DNA from: Octopus vulgaris | Taxonomy: Eukaryota | NCBI GenBank assembly: GCA_951406725.2 | Contig: OX597823.1 | Span: forward strand, 38,316,001-38,380,000 | Direction: 5' to 3' | DNA: 64,000 bases | Shown here: positions 14,326 through 31,033 of the stretch, piece after piece | Numbering within the stretch: the first letter of the stretch is position 1 | How the letters are laid out: each line of letters starts with the position of its first letter | The notes under the pieces: model-generated | The model's input: only the letters and a program-made list of their open reading frames with translations | What the model was told of the DNA's origin: nothing | Database searches by the model: none | Translations under genes and position numbers: made by a program

Positions 14326-15291
14326 ATGTCGGGGCAGAAATCTGCTCCAGCATCTCATCAGTTGTTAAGACAAAACAAAAATGCTATGAAAATGACTGTT
14401 AAAAAAGGAGAAATTACTATGAAGTTGACTGTTATTAAGACAATGGACAAGACTTTTCCTGATGTATATTTTGCCATTTACAAAGATGATGCCCTAGCTT
14501 TAACCACAAATGCCAATGGACCAGCACAAAATCGGTTTAGGAAGGACATTATCCAGACCATGAAAACTTTCGGTCTTAGTATAACTACAGATACCAACCT
14601 GACGGTTGTCAATTTCCTAGATTTATCCTTAGATTTAAATAAGAATATTTACAAACCTTATAGGAAACCCAATGATAGACTTAGTTATATTAATGTAGGT
14701 TCCTGCCATCCCCCCATAGTGTTTATAAATTTAGTTAAAAACATTAGCAAAAGAATTTCTAGCCTTTCCTCTGATAGGGACATTTTTTATAGTGTTGCCC
14801 CAGTATATAATAATGCTCTAAAAGATAATGGATTTAGTGAGGACATAACCTATACACCCATTACCAGTACAATAATAAAGAAAAGGAAACATAGGAATAG
14901 GAAAACTATCTGGTTCACACCCTCTTACTCCTCTGAAGTGACCTTTAATATAGGTAAATACTTCTTATCACTTATAGATAGGCATTTTCCAATCAGTCAT
15001 AATTACAGAAAGCTCTTCAATATACATAACTTAAAAATCAGTTTTAGCTCAACTACTAATTTAAAAACTATAATCGCACACAATGCACAAAAACAACAAA
15101 ATGAAACCAGCTGTTCATGCAGGGATAAAAATATGCGCCCACTAAATGGAGCTTGCATGCCTGAGACCATCTTTTATGAAGCCACTGTAGACTCTACAAC
15201 AACTAAGGACACAGTGGGTCTCACAGAGGGGTATTTTAAAGCCAGGTTCAACGATCACAAGATTTACTATAAGCAGTATCATGAGGTTTAG
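14326..15291 (+). mobile_element. Penelope-like element (Naiad-like): RT C-terminal half, Cys linker and start of GIY-YIG endonuclease; truncated
   Basis: 321-aa ORF with YKDDAL (YxDD), NFLDLSLDL, YRKP, SCHPP, IWFTPSYS, CSC-x5-[R]PLNGAC and 'IFYEATV...VGLTEGYFKARF' (GIY-YIG-like). Confidence 0.9.
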
Positions 15292-15294
15292 TAG

Positions 15295-16310
15295 TTTCTG
15301 CTACCTAGGTGACCAAGTTAGTAGTTGGGGTGGATGCTCAGAGAGTGTTACCACTAGAATAAGAATAGCCTGAGCAAAGTTTAGAAAGCTTCTTCCCCTA
15401 CTGGCGACAAAGAGTCTCTTGCTCAGAGTGAAAGGAAGATTGTACGATACTTGTGTGTGAACTGCTATGCTTCATGGCAGTGAAACATGGGCCATAACTG
15501 CGGAGGACATGTGTAGGCTTGAAAGAAATGAAGCTAGCATGATCCGCTGGATGTGTAATGTCAGTATGCATGCATGACAGAGTGGAAGCACCCTGAGAGA
15601 AATGTTGGACATAAGAAGCATTGGCTGTGGCATGCAGGAGAGACGTTTGTATTGGTATGGTCATGTACTATGGATGGATGAGGAGAGATGTGTGAAGAAG
15701 TGCCACTCCCAAACTGTTGAAGGAATCCGGGGTAGAGATAGACCCAGGAAGACATGGGATGAGGTGGTCAAGCATGACCTTTAAACGTTGGGCCTCACAG
15801 AAGCTATGACGAAAGACCGAGACCTCTGGAGATATGCTGTGACTGTGAAGACCTGACAAATGCAGTGAGTCCATGGCTCACAGGACGGCGTGCTGTGCTA
15901 ACCTTAGATCGTAGGGTGACCTATTGTGCTTGAGGAGACCTATTGAGTCAAGTACATCAACATCAAAATAAAAATCAAATGGAAATTGTAGTTGTGATAC
16001 TCATGCCGGTGGCACGTAAAAAGCACCATCTGAATGTGGCCAATGCCAGCGCCGCTTTGACTGGCGTCCGTGCTGGTGACATGTAAATAGCACCAACCGA
16101 TCATGGCCGTTTGCCAGCCTCCTCTGTCCCCTGTGCTGGTGGCAAGTAAAAAGTACCCACTACACTCACAGAGTGGTTGGCATTAGGAAGAGCATCCGGC
16201 TTTAGAAACACTGCCAGATCAGACTGGTGCAGCCTCTTGGCTTCCCAGACTCCGGTCAAACCGTCCAACCCATGCTAGCATAGAAAACAGATGTTAAACC
16301 ATGATGATGA
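15295..16310 (+). mobile_element. RTE-clade LINE 3' fragment with 3' UTR and (GAT)n tail
   Basis: 'RVKGRLYD.CV..AMLHGSETWA', 'RRLYWYGHV', 'GRDRPRKTW', followed by the repeated ggcacgtaaaaagcacc...ttaaac(gat)n tail. Confidence 0.9.
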
Positions 16311-16340
16311 TATATATATATATACACATATACACACAGC

Positions 16341-16385
<45 letters not shown>

Positions 16386-16439
16386 CTATATATATATATA
16401 TATAGCTATATATATATATATAGAATAATAATAATAATA

Positions 16440-17330
16440 TTAGGGAATATGATTCCAAACTTCCAGGGAAAATTCAATTTAGTAATGCTAAATCAAATCT
16501 CACAATATATAATGCATGTATATAAATTAGAGAAGAACCATATCATTCAACAATGATATACTTAAATCATACCGTATAGAAAAAAAAAGATACAATAAAA
16601 CATTTACCTACAACTAAATAAAGTATGAAATAATAAATAAATAGTAAATAGACTACACGTGTTTCGTGGCTATATTTTCAAATTGTTAACAGTAAAATCA
16701 ATTCAATTTAAGTGTAGTCACTTATCCGGTCCAAGATGAAAACAATAAAATAATTAAATCAATGTACATATATTATCTTATAAGAAAATATAAATATATA
16801 TAAAAATACATAATTTTTCAATAAAAAATTGAACAAAATTCAAAAATATATCATAAAATAAAATCACAAAATATATTATCAAATATATTCTGTTAACTAA
16901 ATCTTTAAATTTAATATCTAGGACTTAGTGTTTATAATAAATTTATCTCGTTAAAAACATGGTGTAAATAAAACTGGAATAAATAGATAGAAATATTTAT
17001 TTTATCTATGAAAATATATTTTAGCTTTTGGAAGAAAAAAATGAGAAACTATAGTATGTCATTACTGGAAAATTAAAATACAAGTAATTTAAACAAAATA
17101 TTTAAAACAAAATATATATATATATATATATATAAAATACATAATATACATTAAATGAAGCTAAAATACTATAATTTAATCTATATCCATTAATTTATTT
17201 ATTTATTTATTTAATAAAAATGTAAGTTAAATCTTATTCTAATTATGTAATATATACTAAATAACTTCATGCTAACTTATATGCATAATACTACAACAAA
17301 CTATAACTACAAGAATTATATATATATATA
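16440..17330 (-). mobile_element. AT-rich Penelope-like terminal-repeat remnant containing a hammerhead-like motif
   Basis: Very AT-rich block bounded by (TA)n/(TAA)n, with the hammerhead-like motif at 16651-16731. Confidence 0.45.
16651..16731 (-). ncRNA. Type I hammerhead ribozyme-like motif (variant core CGGAUAA)
   Basis: Minus strand: GAC-CGGATAA-GTGACTA...TAGCCAC-GAAAC-ACGT-GTA-GTC. Stem I GAC/GTC, stem II, and palindromic helix III ACACGTGT. Confidence 0.55.
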
Positions 17331-17361
17331 TATTTTGTTTTAATTACTTGTATTTTAATTT

Positions 17362-17399
<38 letters not shown>

Positions 17400-17400
<1 letters not shown>

Positions 17401-17597
17401 GTGCAGGTGGCACGTAAAAAGCACCCACTACACTCACGGAGTGGTTGGCGTTAAGGAAGGGCATCCAGCTGTAGAAACGTTGCCAGATAAGACCGGAGCC
17501 TGGTGCAGTCTTCTGGCTTCCCAGATCCCCGGTCGAACCGTCCAACCCATGCTAGCATGGAGAACGGACGTTAAACGATGATGATGATGATGATGAT
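17400..17597 (+). mobile_element. Young RTE-tail/SINE-like repeat ending in (GAT)n
   Basis: CpG-intact copy of ggcacgtaaaaagcacccactacactcacggagtggttggcg...ggacgttaaacgatgatgatg. Confidence 0.85.
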
Positions 17598-17943
17598 ATA
17601 TATATTTACTTTAAATAAAAACCTTTGACTCTGCAGCACTGTATATAAATTCTCTACTAGGAATGACCAAGTTTTAAAACCTGCTGGATCTCACTCATAA
17701 GGGAATCTTACATTGCTTATAAACTCTATATTTAGAAGGACTCATTTAAAACTCTGTTGGTCATTTGGAGTTTTGGACTTTATTCATAGGATATTGGAAT
17801 ATTGCATATATACCAATATGCCTAAAAAATGGATTTACAACTTCAATACCCATAGATTTCTTGCATCTATTTTCTTTACTCCACCTCACTCTCTATTTTG
17901 TATCACATCTAAACTAGCTATGACTTAATTATACTCTCACACT

Positions 17944-17995
17944 GTCTCCGATGGAGGGATATAATTAATAAATATCCTAGAAACAGCTGTAAGAC
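17944..17995 (+). ncRNA. Type I minimal hammerhead ribozyme-like motif (variant core CCGAUGG)
   Basis: GTCT-CCGATGG-AGGGATAT...ATATCCTA-GAAAC-AGCT-GTA-AGAC. Stem I GTCT/AGAC, stem II hairpin, palindromic ACAGCTGT, GUA cleavage triplet. Confidence 0.65.
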
Positions 17996-18140
17996 CTATC
18001 TATAAATGCTCTAATATCTACACAGCCTTGGTTTTTTATCTTATTATGCAAAAAATTCTTATATATTTATATATGTATATATATAATTATATATATGTAT
18101 ATATATTTATATATACAAGTATATATATTTATATATACAA

Positions 18141-18177
<37 letters not shown>

Positions 18178-18178
<1 letters not shown>

Positions 18179-20022
18179 TTGAAACAGTTCAGTGCACTAC
18201 AAGATAGGACCCCTCCTCCAAAAGGATGGCTCCCTCACAGATAGTCCAACTAAGATCAGTTAGATGCTGAATTACCAGTTCAAAAGTGTCTTTACCACTC
18301 CGTTGGAACACAGACAAGTGAACGAACCAGTGGACTTCTTTGCCGCCCCACCTACAACCAGCGAGGCGGTTACAATAGAATGTATTGACATTAGCGAAAA
18401 AGATGTACTACTAGCCATAGATGAAGTGGACACAAACTCAGCTGCTGGTCCTGGCGGTTTCCCAGCCATCCTCCTCAAAGCGTGTAAGCATGCCCTGACA
18501 AAACCCCTCAAGATTCTCTTCCAGAGCTTTCTTGCGAATGTCAAACTGCCAAGCAAGCTGAAGGAGGAATAATATGCCCAATACATAAAGGGGGAAGTAG
18601 AGCAGATGCCAAAAACTATAGGCCTATCTCTCTGACTTCACACATCAGCAAAGTCATGGAACGGATAGTCAGAAAGAAACTAATCGCATTCTTTGAGGAA
18701 AATATCTTGTTGAGTGATACCCAGCATGGTTTTCGACCAGGTAGGAGCTGCCTGACCCAGCTCTTACAACATTATGACTGGGTGTTGAGGCAGTTACTCA
18801 ACAAATCAAATGTGGACGTAATCTACCTTGATTTTGCAAAAGCTTTTGACAAGGTGGATCATGGTATGATGTGCCATAAACTGTGTGACTTCGGCATAGC
18901 TGGAAAACTTGGAGTGTGGTTGCATGACTTCGTGAAAGATAGGAGTCAGGCAGTAGTGGTTAATGGAGCCACCTCTATGAACACACAAATAGTGAGCGGT
19001 GTTCTTGGGCCATCTTGGGACCACTGCTTTTTATAGTGGCCCTCTCAGATATGCCCTCAAATGCCGAGAGAGCCACTCTGGCCAGCTATGCAGACGATAC
19101 GAAAGTCTCGCAGAAAATACAGAATCCCAGCAATGTTGCACACCTGCAGCAGGAGTTGGACTCAATCTACAGATGGGCTGAGGATAATAATATGCAGGTT
19201 AATGCTGAAAAATTCCAGGCCCTGCGCTACCAGCATCCAAAACTGAATATTAAACTTACAGAATACACCGGTCCACAGGGAATTTCAATCCCAGATCCTA
19301 AGTCTGTGAGGGACCTGGGTATCGACATGAGTGATGAAACCTCTTTCCAAGTGCACATTACCAGGATGGTGACAAAGTGCAGACGACTGGCTGGGTGGAT
19401 CCTAAGAACATTCAGAACCAGAGATAAGGAAACCATGATGGTCCTCTGGCAGACATTCGTCCTCAGCCACCTGGATTACTGCTCAAAGCTATGGTCACCC
19501 ACCAGTGTAAAATTAACAGCGGACCTTGAAGCAATCCAGAGATGATTCACAAAGAAGATCGTCCCTTTGCAACCGCTCAGCTACTGGGAAATGTTGAAAC
19601 AGCTAAGACTCTACTCCCTGGAGAGAAGACGGGAGAGGTATGCAGTAATATATGTCTGGAAGATCCTGGAAGGAATTGTGCCAAATTTTGGCATTGAAAG
19701 CTACACCAATGCTAGAACGGGACGACACTGCATAGTGCCAAAGATCCCAGCAATGCCATCACGCTTCAGGACCAGCTTCTGCAACAGCCTGGGTTTCAAG
19801 GGCCCACAGCTTTTTAATATTCTCCCAAAGAGTCTGAGGAACTTGCACAAAGTAGATGTAGCGGTTTTTAAATCAAAGCTGGACATCTTCCTGTCAAGAG
19901 TCCCAGATGAACCTACCTCACGGCAAGAGGTGCAAATGAGAGTAGCTATATCAAACTCCATTCTTCACCAAGTGCCACATATTAGACGAGGTTCGTTGTA
20001 ATAACAGTGTAGCACAAAACGG
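18178..20022 (+). mobile_element. CR1-type LINE, 5'-truncated copy A (frameshifted RT)
   Basis: AAGPGG, NYRPISLTS, QHGFRPGRSC, YLDFAKAFDKVDH, LGPLLF, YADDT, LDYCS.LW, LYSLERRRERY. Confidence 0.95.
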
Positions 20023-20134
20023 TATATATGTATGTCCGGGTTCCAGTTAATAATTTTCCTTATGACATAAATACACTATTGGATTTGAATTTAAAATTAT
20101 CATTATCTTCCTCACGGTTGGTCAATTGAGAGCC

Positions 20135-23935
<3,801 letters not shown>

Positions 23936-24249
23936 ATTGCATATGACTATATTATGTTGTCTTATGTATACAATTAGAGTGTTGCCTTGGCTTCAGTTAA
24001 TTTTGAAAACAATGGAAAATTTAGTAAAATAACTTAGTCATTATTAGCTGGTGTTTGAGGCATAAATTAGTCTGCAATTCTAATGTATTTTAATTTAAAT
24101 AACTTTAGAACAAGAAGTTTATATCATAGAATCAGGGCAGTCTCAGATGGATTAATATCAATTAGGTTAAAGTTGATTATAATAGAGAAATGATAGTGGG
24201 ACATTTTTATCATTAAAGAATTAATTCTGAAATCCAGTATCTGAGAGGT

Positions 24250-25100
24250 TAAATGATCTCTTCAAATATTCATTTATTATTGAAATTCTTATTGTCCAGC
24301 CTACATCAAAATCAATGGCATTTCTGGATTCTACAAGTAATTGTGGTTCCTGATATATTTTAATATTGCTACATTCATCAGAGAAAAGTTACAACTTGTA
24401 AAATGCAAGACAGCTCTCAACCCCAAAGTTTTTGAACTTTTTGGTCAGAATTAACTGAAAACTTTGGAATTGCACTTTCTGCCACAAATTTATTCTTTGC
24501 TAAGCTTCTACAATATGGAATAGGTGTTGGTGTTGTTTTCCAAGTTTATTAGATCTATCCTCTAAGAATTACTTCGGGAACTGCAGCTGTGATGACAGAT
24601 GCTTCCAGTAATTTTCAAAGAAACTAGAGGTACTACCAAACTTTGAGAGAGAGTTAGAAACAGCAGGAAGAAACAACTGAGGCTCAAGAAGTACCATAAA
24701 ATCCAAAGCAGAATTTCAAAGTAAATTCCTGCTATGTTGTCTTGAACATGCTACAAAAAAATAATTACTTATTTGGCTTCCTGGATATATACTAAGGAAA
24801 ACAATCTACTGAAGATGCATTTAAGGGTTGCAAGGATTGTGAAAAATCCTTGTTCATAAAAGAAACGAAAATATTGATACTAAAGATTTACGCCACAAAG
24901 TTAGCAATAACTTGAAAACTTCCAAACTTTATGCTGCTGCATATGTTTCTCTTCATGCAATAAGAACTATTACCGAATATTTCTGATGTTCCTTTCCAGA
25001 CAACTAGTATCAACGGCAAATGGGGAACAATTTCACATAGCTCAAATTTATAAAAACATGTTGTCAACAGTATTACAAAAGTGACTAATTGGTTTAGTAA
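24250..25100 (+). mobile_element. Possible highly decayed P-element/THAP9-like transposase C-terminal remnant
   Basis: Frame-broken fragments 'FGNCSCDD' (~24573), a 'YL..GYI' like stretch (~24770) and 'FKGCKDCEKSL' (~24820), in the order expected for P-family C-termini. Confidence 0.3.
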
Positions 25101-25544
25101 CCATGTCAACTGAACTTCTTATTGTTCAATCTGATTAAATTGGTGACAAATTTATAAAGGGTAAGGCATACTAAGACAAATTTTTATGTTCCTGAAAGTG
25201 AGGTTTTGATAAGATTTAAATTTTAACCAGACAGTTCATAAGATTCTGGTATGTTTGTCTTTAAGTAAGATATTGTTGGTTACACTAAGTAAACATAAAA
25301 GGACATAAAAGATATGTGAAGTAAAAGGTTTCAATGTAGTGTTACTTTATAGAAAATACGGTTTCGACCAAGTGTCTTCAGGATCAAAATTATTCCTATG
25401 TCAAAATATTTTTCATTTGTATTTCAGAAAGTTAATCAAACATTGATGCATTATTTATTCTTGCAATTTAAAATAAATTTAGAAGTTTCAAATTTTATGC
25501 CTTTTACTTTTTGTGCTACAAAATGTCTGCTTTAGAAAATTTAT

Positions 25545-25760
25545 CATCATTGTCTTCATCATCATTTAATGTCCTTGTACCATACTGGCATGGGTTGGAC
25601 AGTTTGACAGGATCTGACTGGTCCAAAGACTGCATTATGCTTCACTATCTACTTTGGCATGGTTTTTATGATTGGGTACCCTTTCTAATGCCAATCACTT
25701 TACAAAATGTGCTAGGTGCTTTTTTCATACCATTAGTACCAGTGAAGGCATCACACAGCT
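25545..25760 (-). mobile_element. Diverged RTE-tail repeat
   Basis: (CAT)n, then tttaatgtcc...catgggttggacagtttgac...gccaatcactttaca; reverse complement of the 17400 family. Confidence 0.7.
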
Positions 25761-27559
25761 TGCAAGAGTTTGAAGTTGATAACTTTTTGGGTGAGTGCAA
25801 AAAAGTTGGTTTATGCTTGGTTGTAAAATAGTCCACACATTGTAAAATAGGCCACACATTGTGATGTCCACACATTGATGTCCACACATTATGATGCAAA
25901 AAAAAAAAAAAAGATGTCAGATGGTTGTAGTCTGCTATAAATGGGTAACTTAACCAAGAAATTGTCATGCTATTGTTAGTTTTCATTGTTTTTGTTTAAT
26001 TGTTCCAAGACTGGATAATCATTGTCAATGTACATAAATCTAATTTAATATACTGCACAGCTGTTATAAATGAACCTCTCTAAATGTGTATAAGATGACT
26101 GTTAATTAAACAAATGCAACTTTCACTAAAGAAGAATGTCTTGATTTAGTTATAATTGGTAATGTTGTTTCAACTTGCATTGTTCATGAAGCTGATATAT
26201 TTTTATGGTATATATATACAAGGTTGAGTAGTTGTGTTTGTAATCTGGTTTGTTTTTGTCATCTGGGATTTTTTTTGACAAATTCATTTTTTTAGAATTG
26301 TTAAACGATTGTATTACATAATCATTGACATCTAGTTTGGGCTATCTGGGTTTTATCTTCAAATTCATTGAACCAAATTTATACATAGTTGTTGTGCAAC
26401 CCCAGAGTATTCTGATCAATTAATTCTAATTTATGCCTAGTATTATACTTTGTATAATATAATTCCTGTGTGTATTTACATTTTGCTTTACCACAAATCC
26501 TTGCTTATTCTCTTCCTGTATGGTGAACAAAGTCATTTCCCTCATACTTTTGGTTCTATTTCCCCATTTTTTTCTCTAAATTTTGAACTGCTGATTTATT
26601 TAACAAATTCTACCTAGAAAAAGGTTGTTGGTATAAAGAATTACTAATATCTAAGAGGGTTAAAACCACACATGAACTTAAATTATGTGGATTAATGAAA
26701 ACAGAATTTGATATATTTCCATTGAAGGAAAGTGTGTTTAATTAATAAGATGTTACAAAGCTGGGAGATATTTTAGCAAGTTTCATGATTGGTTTTGACT
26801 ATTGTATTATAGCTGGTATTTTCTATTTCTGATAAAGTGTTGAATATCTTTTTTCTTTTTATTTATTTCTGCATTTTCTATATTGGAAAGCTAGCTATCT
26901 TCTTTATTGATTACTTAATAGATGGCTTAAGTCTTTAAGAAAAAGAACAGATGCCTGCTCTGAGTTTTAGCCATATTATTAGAATGAATTTCACATGAAA
27001 GTTTCTTTACTTGTTTTGGAAAGAGTAGGTTAAAGAAGTAAGAAAGATAAATTTTCTTGTGCAAAATATTGATTTTACAAAGTACATTTAATGTTTGTAA
27101 TATAAGTGTCAATTAGCTTGTATTTTCTTATTACTTCTATTAACCACTATTCTATGTTGATATAGCCTTGGAAGAAGATTAACTCTTTTTCTATTTCATC
27201 TTTCTTTAGGTTTCTCTACTAGTTTCAGATCATTGAGGTCACTTTTAATTAGGTTTGGCAGTTTTCATTTTAGTTACTTTTATTTTATTTTTACAAAGTC
27301 ATGTCATTTGTTCATTTAATTTGCATCATTCATTTTTATTATATACTCTCTGTATACACATTTAACTTACAACCTGGTATGTTAAAAAGATCAAAAATGG
27401 TTGTTCTTTATACATCTATCCTAACTCTTTTGAAAGCAAATTGGCAGGATTACAGTTGCTCATTAACCTGCAAATAGATACCATCTAGAAAGTTGGTTGG
27501 TTGTAGATCTTGATTGGAACTAACAGCAGTGTTGTGATAATATTGAGGGCTTCTTTGGT

Positions 27560-28057
27560 TTGGATCTTTCACTCCACTGGATATGAGCAGTGTTGCTGTT
27601 AAGGAATTTGCTGCAAACTTCTATCATGTTCTATGTATATATGTGTCATTCAGAAAAACCAATCTTGTTGACTTAAGATTAGTAAAGCTGTCAACTGTAT
27701 TTGTGCATTGTAGTGTGGGTTGGCGGAGTTATTTTCAACCCAGACCCTATCAACTCTGGTATAGCCCAAAGCTATTACCTACATATTTCCTTTTGTACAT
27801 TAGTGACCTACTTGTTATCACCTCTAAAAGCAAACACTCCTCTGTAAAGGATAACATCATTCACATATACATTCACATATACAAACTAGACTTGGGCAAT
27901 TTGAAAACATCTTCAATAAAATAAATTTCATTAGACAATACCTAGAATTACTATGCATACCAAAAAATGTCGTTATCACACCTGTACACATGGATATATA
28001 AAAATTTCAAATTTGCTACAAATCTTTGGTCTCACTATCTGATCACTTATTGCAACC

Positions 28058-28115
<58 letters not shown>

Positions 28116-28650
28116 TTGTGTCTGGGGAGAGTCATTCTCTTTTGGTGCCTTATAATTTAACACACTTATAAGTGGAAATTTTACTGGTGAGTGTGTTAAA
28201 TTATAAGGCACCAAAAGAGAATGACTCTCCCCAGACACAACAGAATATGCTTCAACACACGAACTCACATAAAGAATCGTGTAAACCAAATCCAAAAGCG
28301 AAATATGTATATTCATATATTAAACAATAGGATTCTTCTTTTGAGTCAAAAAATTCTTTATTTCTGATAAGTTGCTTACCTTCAACAGTGCTCAAGTAAA
28401 AACCTCATTGAGGTACTGCTTACATTTTTGGGACATTGTTGCTTGTTAGAAGCAAACATCAAGGACCACATCTGAAAGAAAGCCTGGTTGGCAAAGATTT
28501 GTACATCAACATTTTTTTGACCACTTCTCACTGTTGCACTGTCTCTTCTTTCCTTTTCTATTGCTGTTACAATGGCTTCCATTTTTCTGAACTTGCTAAC
28601 TGCATTCTCTCTATCCTTTTAGGCCCAGTTGTTTGACCTTTCTCTTTTTC
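27560..28650 (+). mobile_element. Decayed LINE RT remnant interrupted by a hairpin element
   Basis: 'INSG..Q...LPTYFLLYISDL' (RT domain, ~27750-27810) and a C-terminal motif at ~28500-28600 related to 8530-8760. Confidence 0.5.
28115..28241. repeat. Fold-back/MITE-like hairpin with 52-bp perfect arms
   Basis: 28115-28166 is the exact reverse complement of 28190-28241; adjoins (TA)n. Confidence 0.9.
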
Positions 28651-28696
28651 TCTTCCTGTTATCATTATTAGGTGTTATCATCATGTGTCCCACCAA

Positions 28697-28914
28697 GGTG
28701 GTGAGCTGGCAGAATCGTTAGCATGCCAGGTGAAATGTTTAGTGGTATTTCATCTGCTGCTACATTCTGAGTTCAAATTTTGCTGAGGTTGACTTTGCCC
28801 TTCATCCTTTTGGGGTCGATAAATTAAGTACCAGTGAAACACTGGGCTTGATGTTATCGACTAATCCCCACCCTCAAATTTCAGGCCTTGTGTCTATAGT
28901 AAAAAGGATTATTA
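28697..28914 (+). mobile_element. tRNA-derived SINE
   Basis: A-box-like tggcagaatcgttagc, B-box-like gagttcaaatt, and conserved central cttcatccttttggggtcgataaattaagtaccag. Confidence 0.85.
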
Positions 28915-29134
28915 TGTGTCTCATTTCCCCCAGCCTTGCACTAAACACTTCATACAAACCTTCTTTCCAAGATCTTCAATCTAGATACTAATCATATAAA
29001 ACCTTTTATCTTGGAGCTATTCATAACTCACAAGCACTGTTCCTCTGACTGTAAGGGAAAAATTTATTTATATAGATAAAGACAAAAATATACATGTACA
29101 TAAATATATATGTACAAGTATGTATATATATATA

Positions 29135-29860
29135 CAGGGTGTGTAAGATATTTGAGAACAGATTTATATTCATAAAAAAAAACCCAGATATATATAATAA
29201 CAGATAACTTTATTAAAAAATGCTATGAGGATAAAAATAAACCTTCTTTTCTATAATGTTATTCAATAAAGCCACCTTCAGCTTCAACAACTGCTTCTAT
29301 ATGAGATCTAAATTATCTACATGCATGAATCAAGTGGTCCTAGTTCATTTTGGACATTATTCTGACTATGGCAGCTTTCAAAGAATCTTTGGTGTTATGG
29401 GCATATTCATTGACTTCTCTCTCAATAACGCTTACATGTAATAGTCCAATGAATTGAGATCTGGGGAATTAGGAGGCCAAATTTTAGGGGTTATGTGATC
29501 ATGAAAATTTTCAACCATCCATTCCTGTGTTACTAGAGCCATATGCGATAGTGCAGAGACTTACTGAAACACATATGACCTCTCATTGCATACACTGTCT
29601 ATCCAGGGCTTAACAATTATTTTCAGGATCTCAATGTAGGTGGCAAAGTTAACTCTAAGGCCTTGTGGAAAGAAGTAAGGTGGCATCACATGTCCTTCAT
29701 TGCTGACAACCATGATAGTTGCAGGATGTTTTGTATGCAAAACACTTGTAACTTCAGAAGGGTCTGCACATAACTATCTGTCATTTGTTCTGTTAACTTT
29801 TTAATGTTGGTCGAAGTTTTTCTCGTTTGAGAAAAACCAAATCAAATCTTCTTCTGACCG
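29135..29860 (-). mobile_element. Tc1/mariner (maT/DD37D-like) transposon 3' remnant
   Basis: Minus strand 'KIWPPNSPDLNSLDYY' (~29440-29485); terminus TA|CAGGGTG at 29135. Confidence 0.7.
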
Positions 29861-30610
29861 GTGGCATTGCATGAAGTTATACTGTCACATGGTGTGTCTT
29901 TGTTTTGCATTACTTCTTCCTTGTTTGTCAATTTTTGCAATGGTGGAAATAAAAGAACAGCATGCTTCCATGAAATTCTGTTTTCTGCTGGAGGAAATGG
30001 TGGCTGAAACAATTGTCATGCTTCAAACAGCTTACAAAGATGCTGCCATGAGCAAAACACAAGTTTATGAGTGATTTCCATGCTTTAGGAATGGTCACTT
30101 GTTGCTTGAAGACCAACCTCGTTCAGGATGACCATCAACCTCTCAAACAAATGAAAACATCATGAAAATTCATGAACTGATCTTGGAGGAACATAACTGA
30201 ACAACTTATTGACATGACTGGTGTGTCCTGGAACTCCTGTCAATGAATTTTGAGTGAGGAATTGTGAATGAAAAGAGTTGCAGCGAAATTTGTATCTTGC
30301 TTGTTCATGGAAGATCAAAAAAGCTGTCATGATTGAATGCATCTCATGGACTGAAAGAACAGTTGAAAGTTGATCCAGACCTTTTTTCAAAGGTCATCAC
30401 TAGTGAAAAAGTTGATGCTATGGAATTTGCAGATGTGGAAGAGGTGAAGAAAAAATCGATGGGAGCATTAAAAGGCATCACTTCATAAGAATTTCAGTAC
30501 TGCTTCAAATAGTGGAAAACATGCCTGGACTGATGCATTGCTTCAAATGGAAAATACTTTGAAGGCAATAAACATGTAAAACTAAGTAAATAAAATAATA
30601 TTGAAAATTT
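29860..30610 (+). mobile_element. Internally deleted mariner remnant
   Basis: 'EQHASMKFCFLL...AETIVMLQTAYKDAAMSKTQVYE*F..F..G..LEDQPRSG*PST', 'KRVAAKFV', and C-terminal 'CIASNGKYFEG'. Confidence 0.85.
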
Positions 30611-30619
30611 CATCATCTG

Positions 30620-30974
30620 ACACAAGATTGCCTCTTCCAATACCCCCATCCCTCTCAAAATCCTTGTCTCGCTAGTTACTTGATGACCTTGTGAGTGCTG
30701 GTGCCACATAAAAAACATCCAGTCCACACTGCAAAGTGGTTGGCATTTGGAGGGGCATCCAGCTGTAAAAATAATGCCAAAACTGACTTCACCTGTGCTA
30801 GTGCCATGTAAAAAGCACTGAGTCCACTCTGCAGATTAGTTGGTGTTAGGAAGGGCATCCAGCTGTAAAAATCCTGCCAAAACAGACACAATAGTCTGAG
30901 GTAGTCTTCTACTTGGCTAGCTCCTGTCAGCCATCCAACGCATGCATGCATGGAAGATGGATGCTAAATGATGA

Positions 30975-30975
<1 letters not shown>
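30620..30975 (+). mobile_element. RTE-tail repeat with internal duplication
   Basis: Two gtgccacataaaaa...gtggttggc...agggcatccagctgt units and a (GAT) tail. Confidence 0.75.

Positions 30976-31033
<58 letters not shown>

Noticed and set aside
25355-25385. Minus-strand CTGAAGA-cacttggtc-GAAAC-C-GTA, a hammerhead-core-like string
   Set aside because: No stem I complementarity and helices II and III cannot form; at most a relic.
28697-28790. tRNA gene
   Set aside because: A/B-box-like head of a SINE; no cloverleaf, and it continues into the SINE body.
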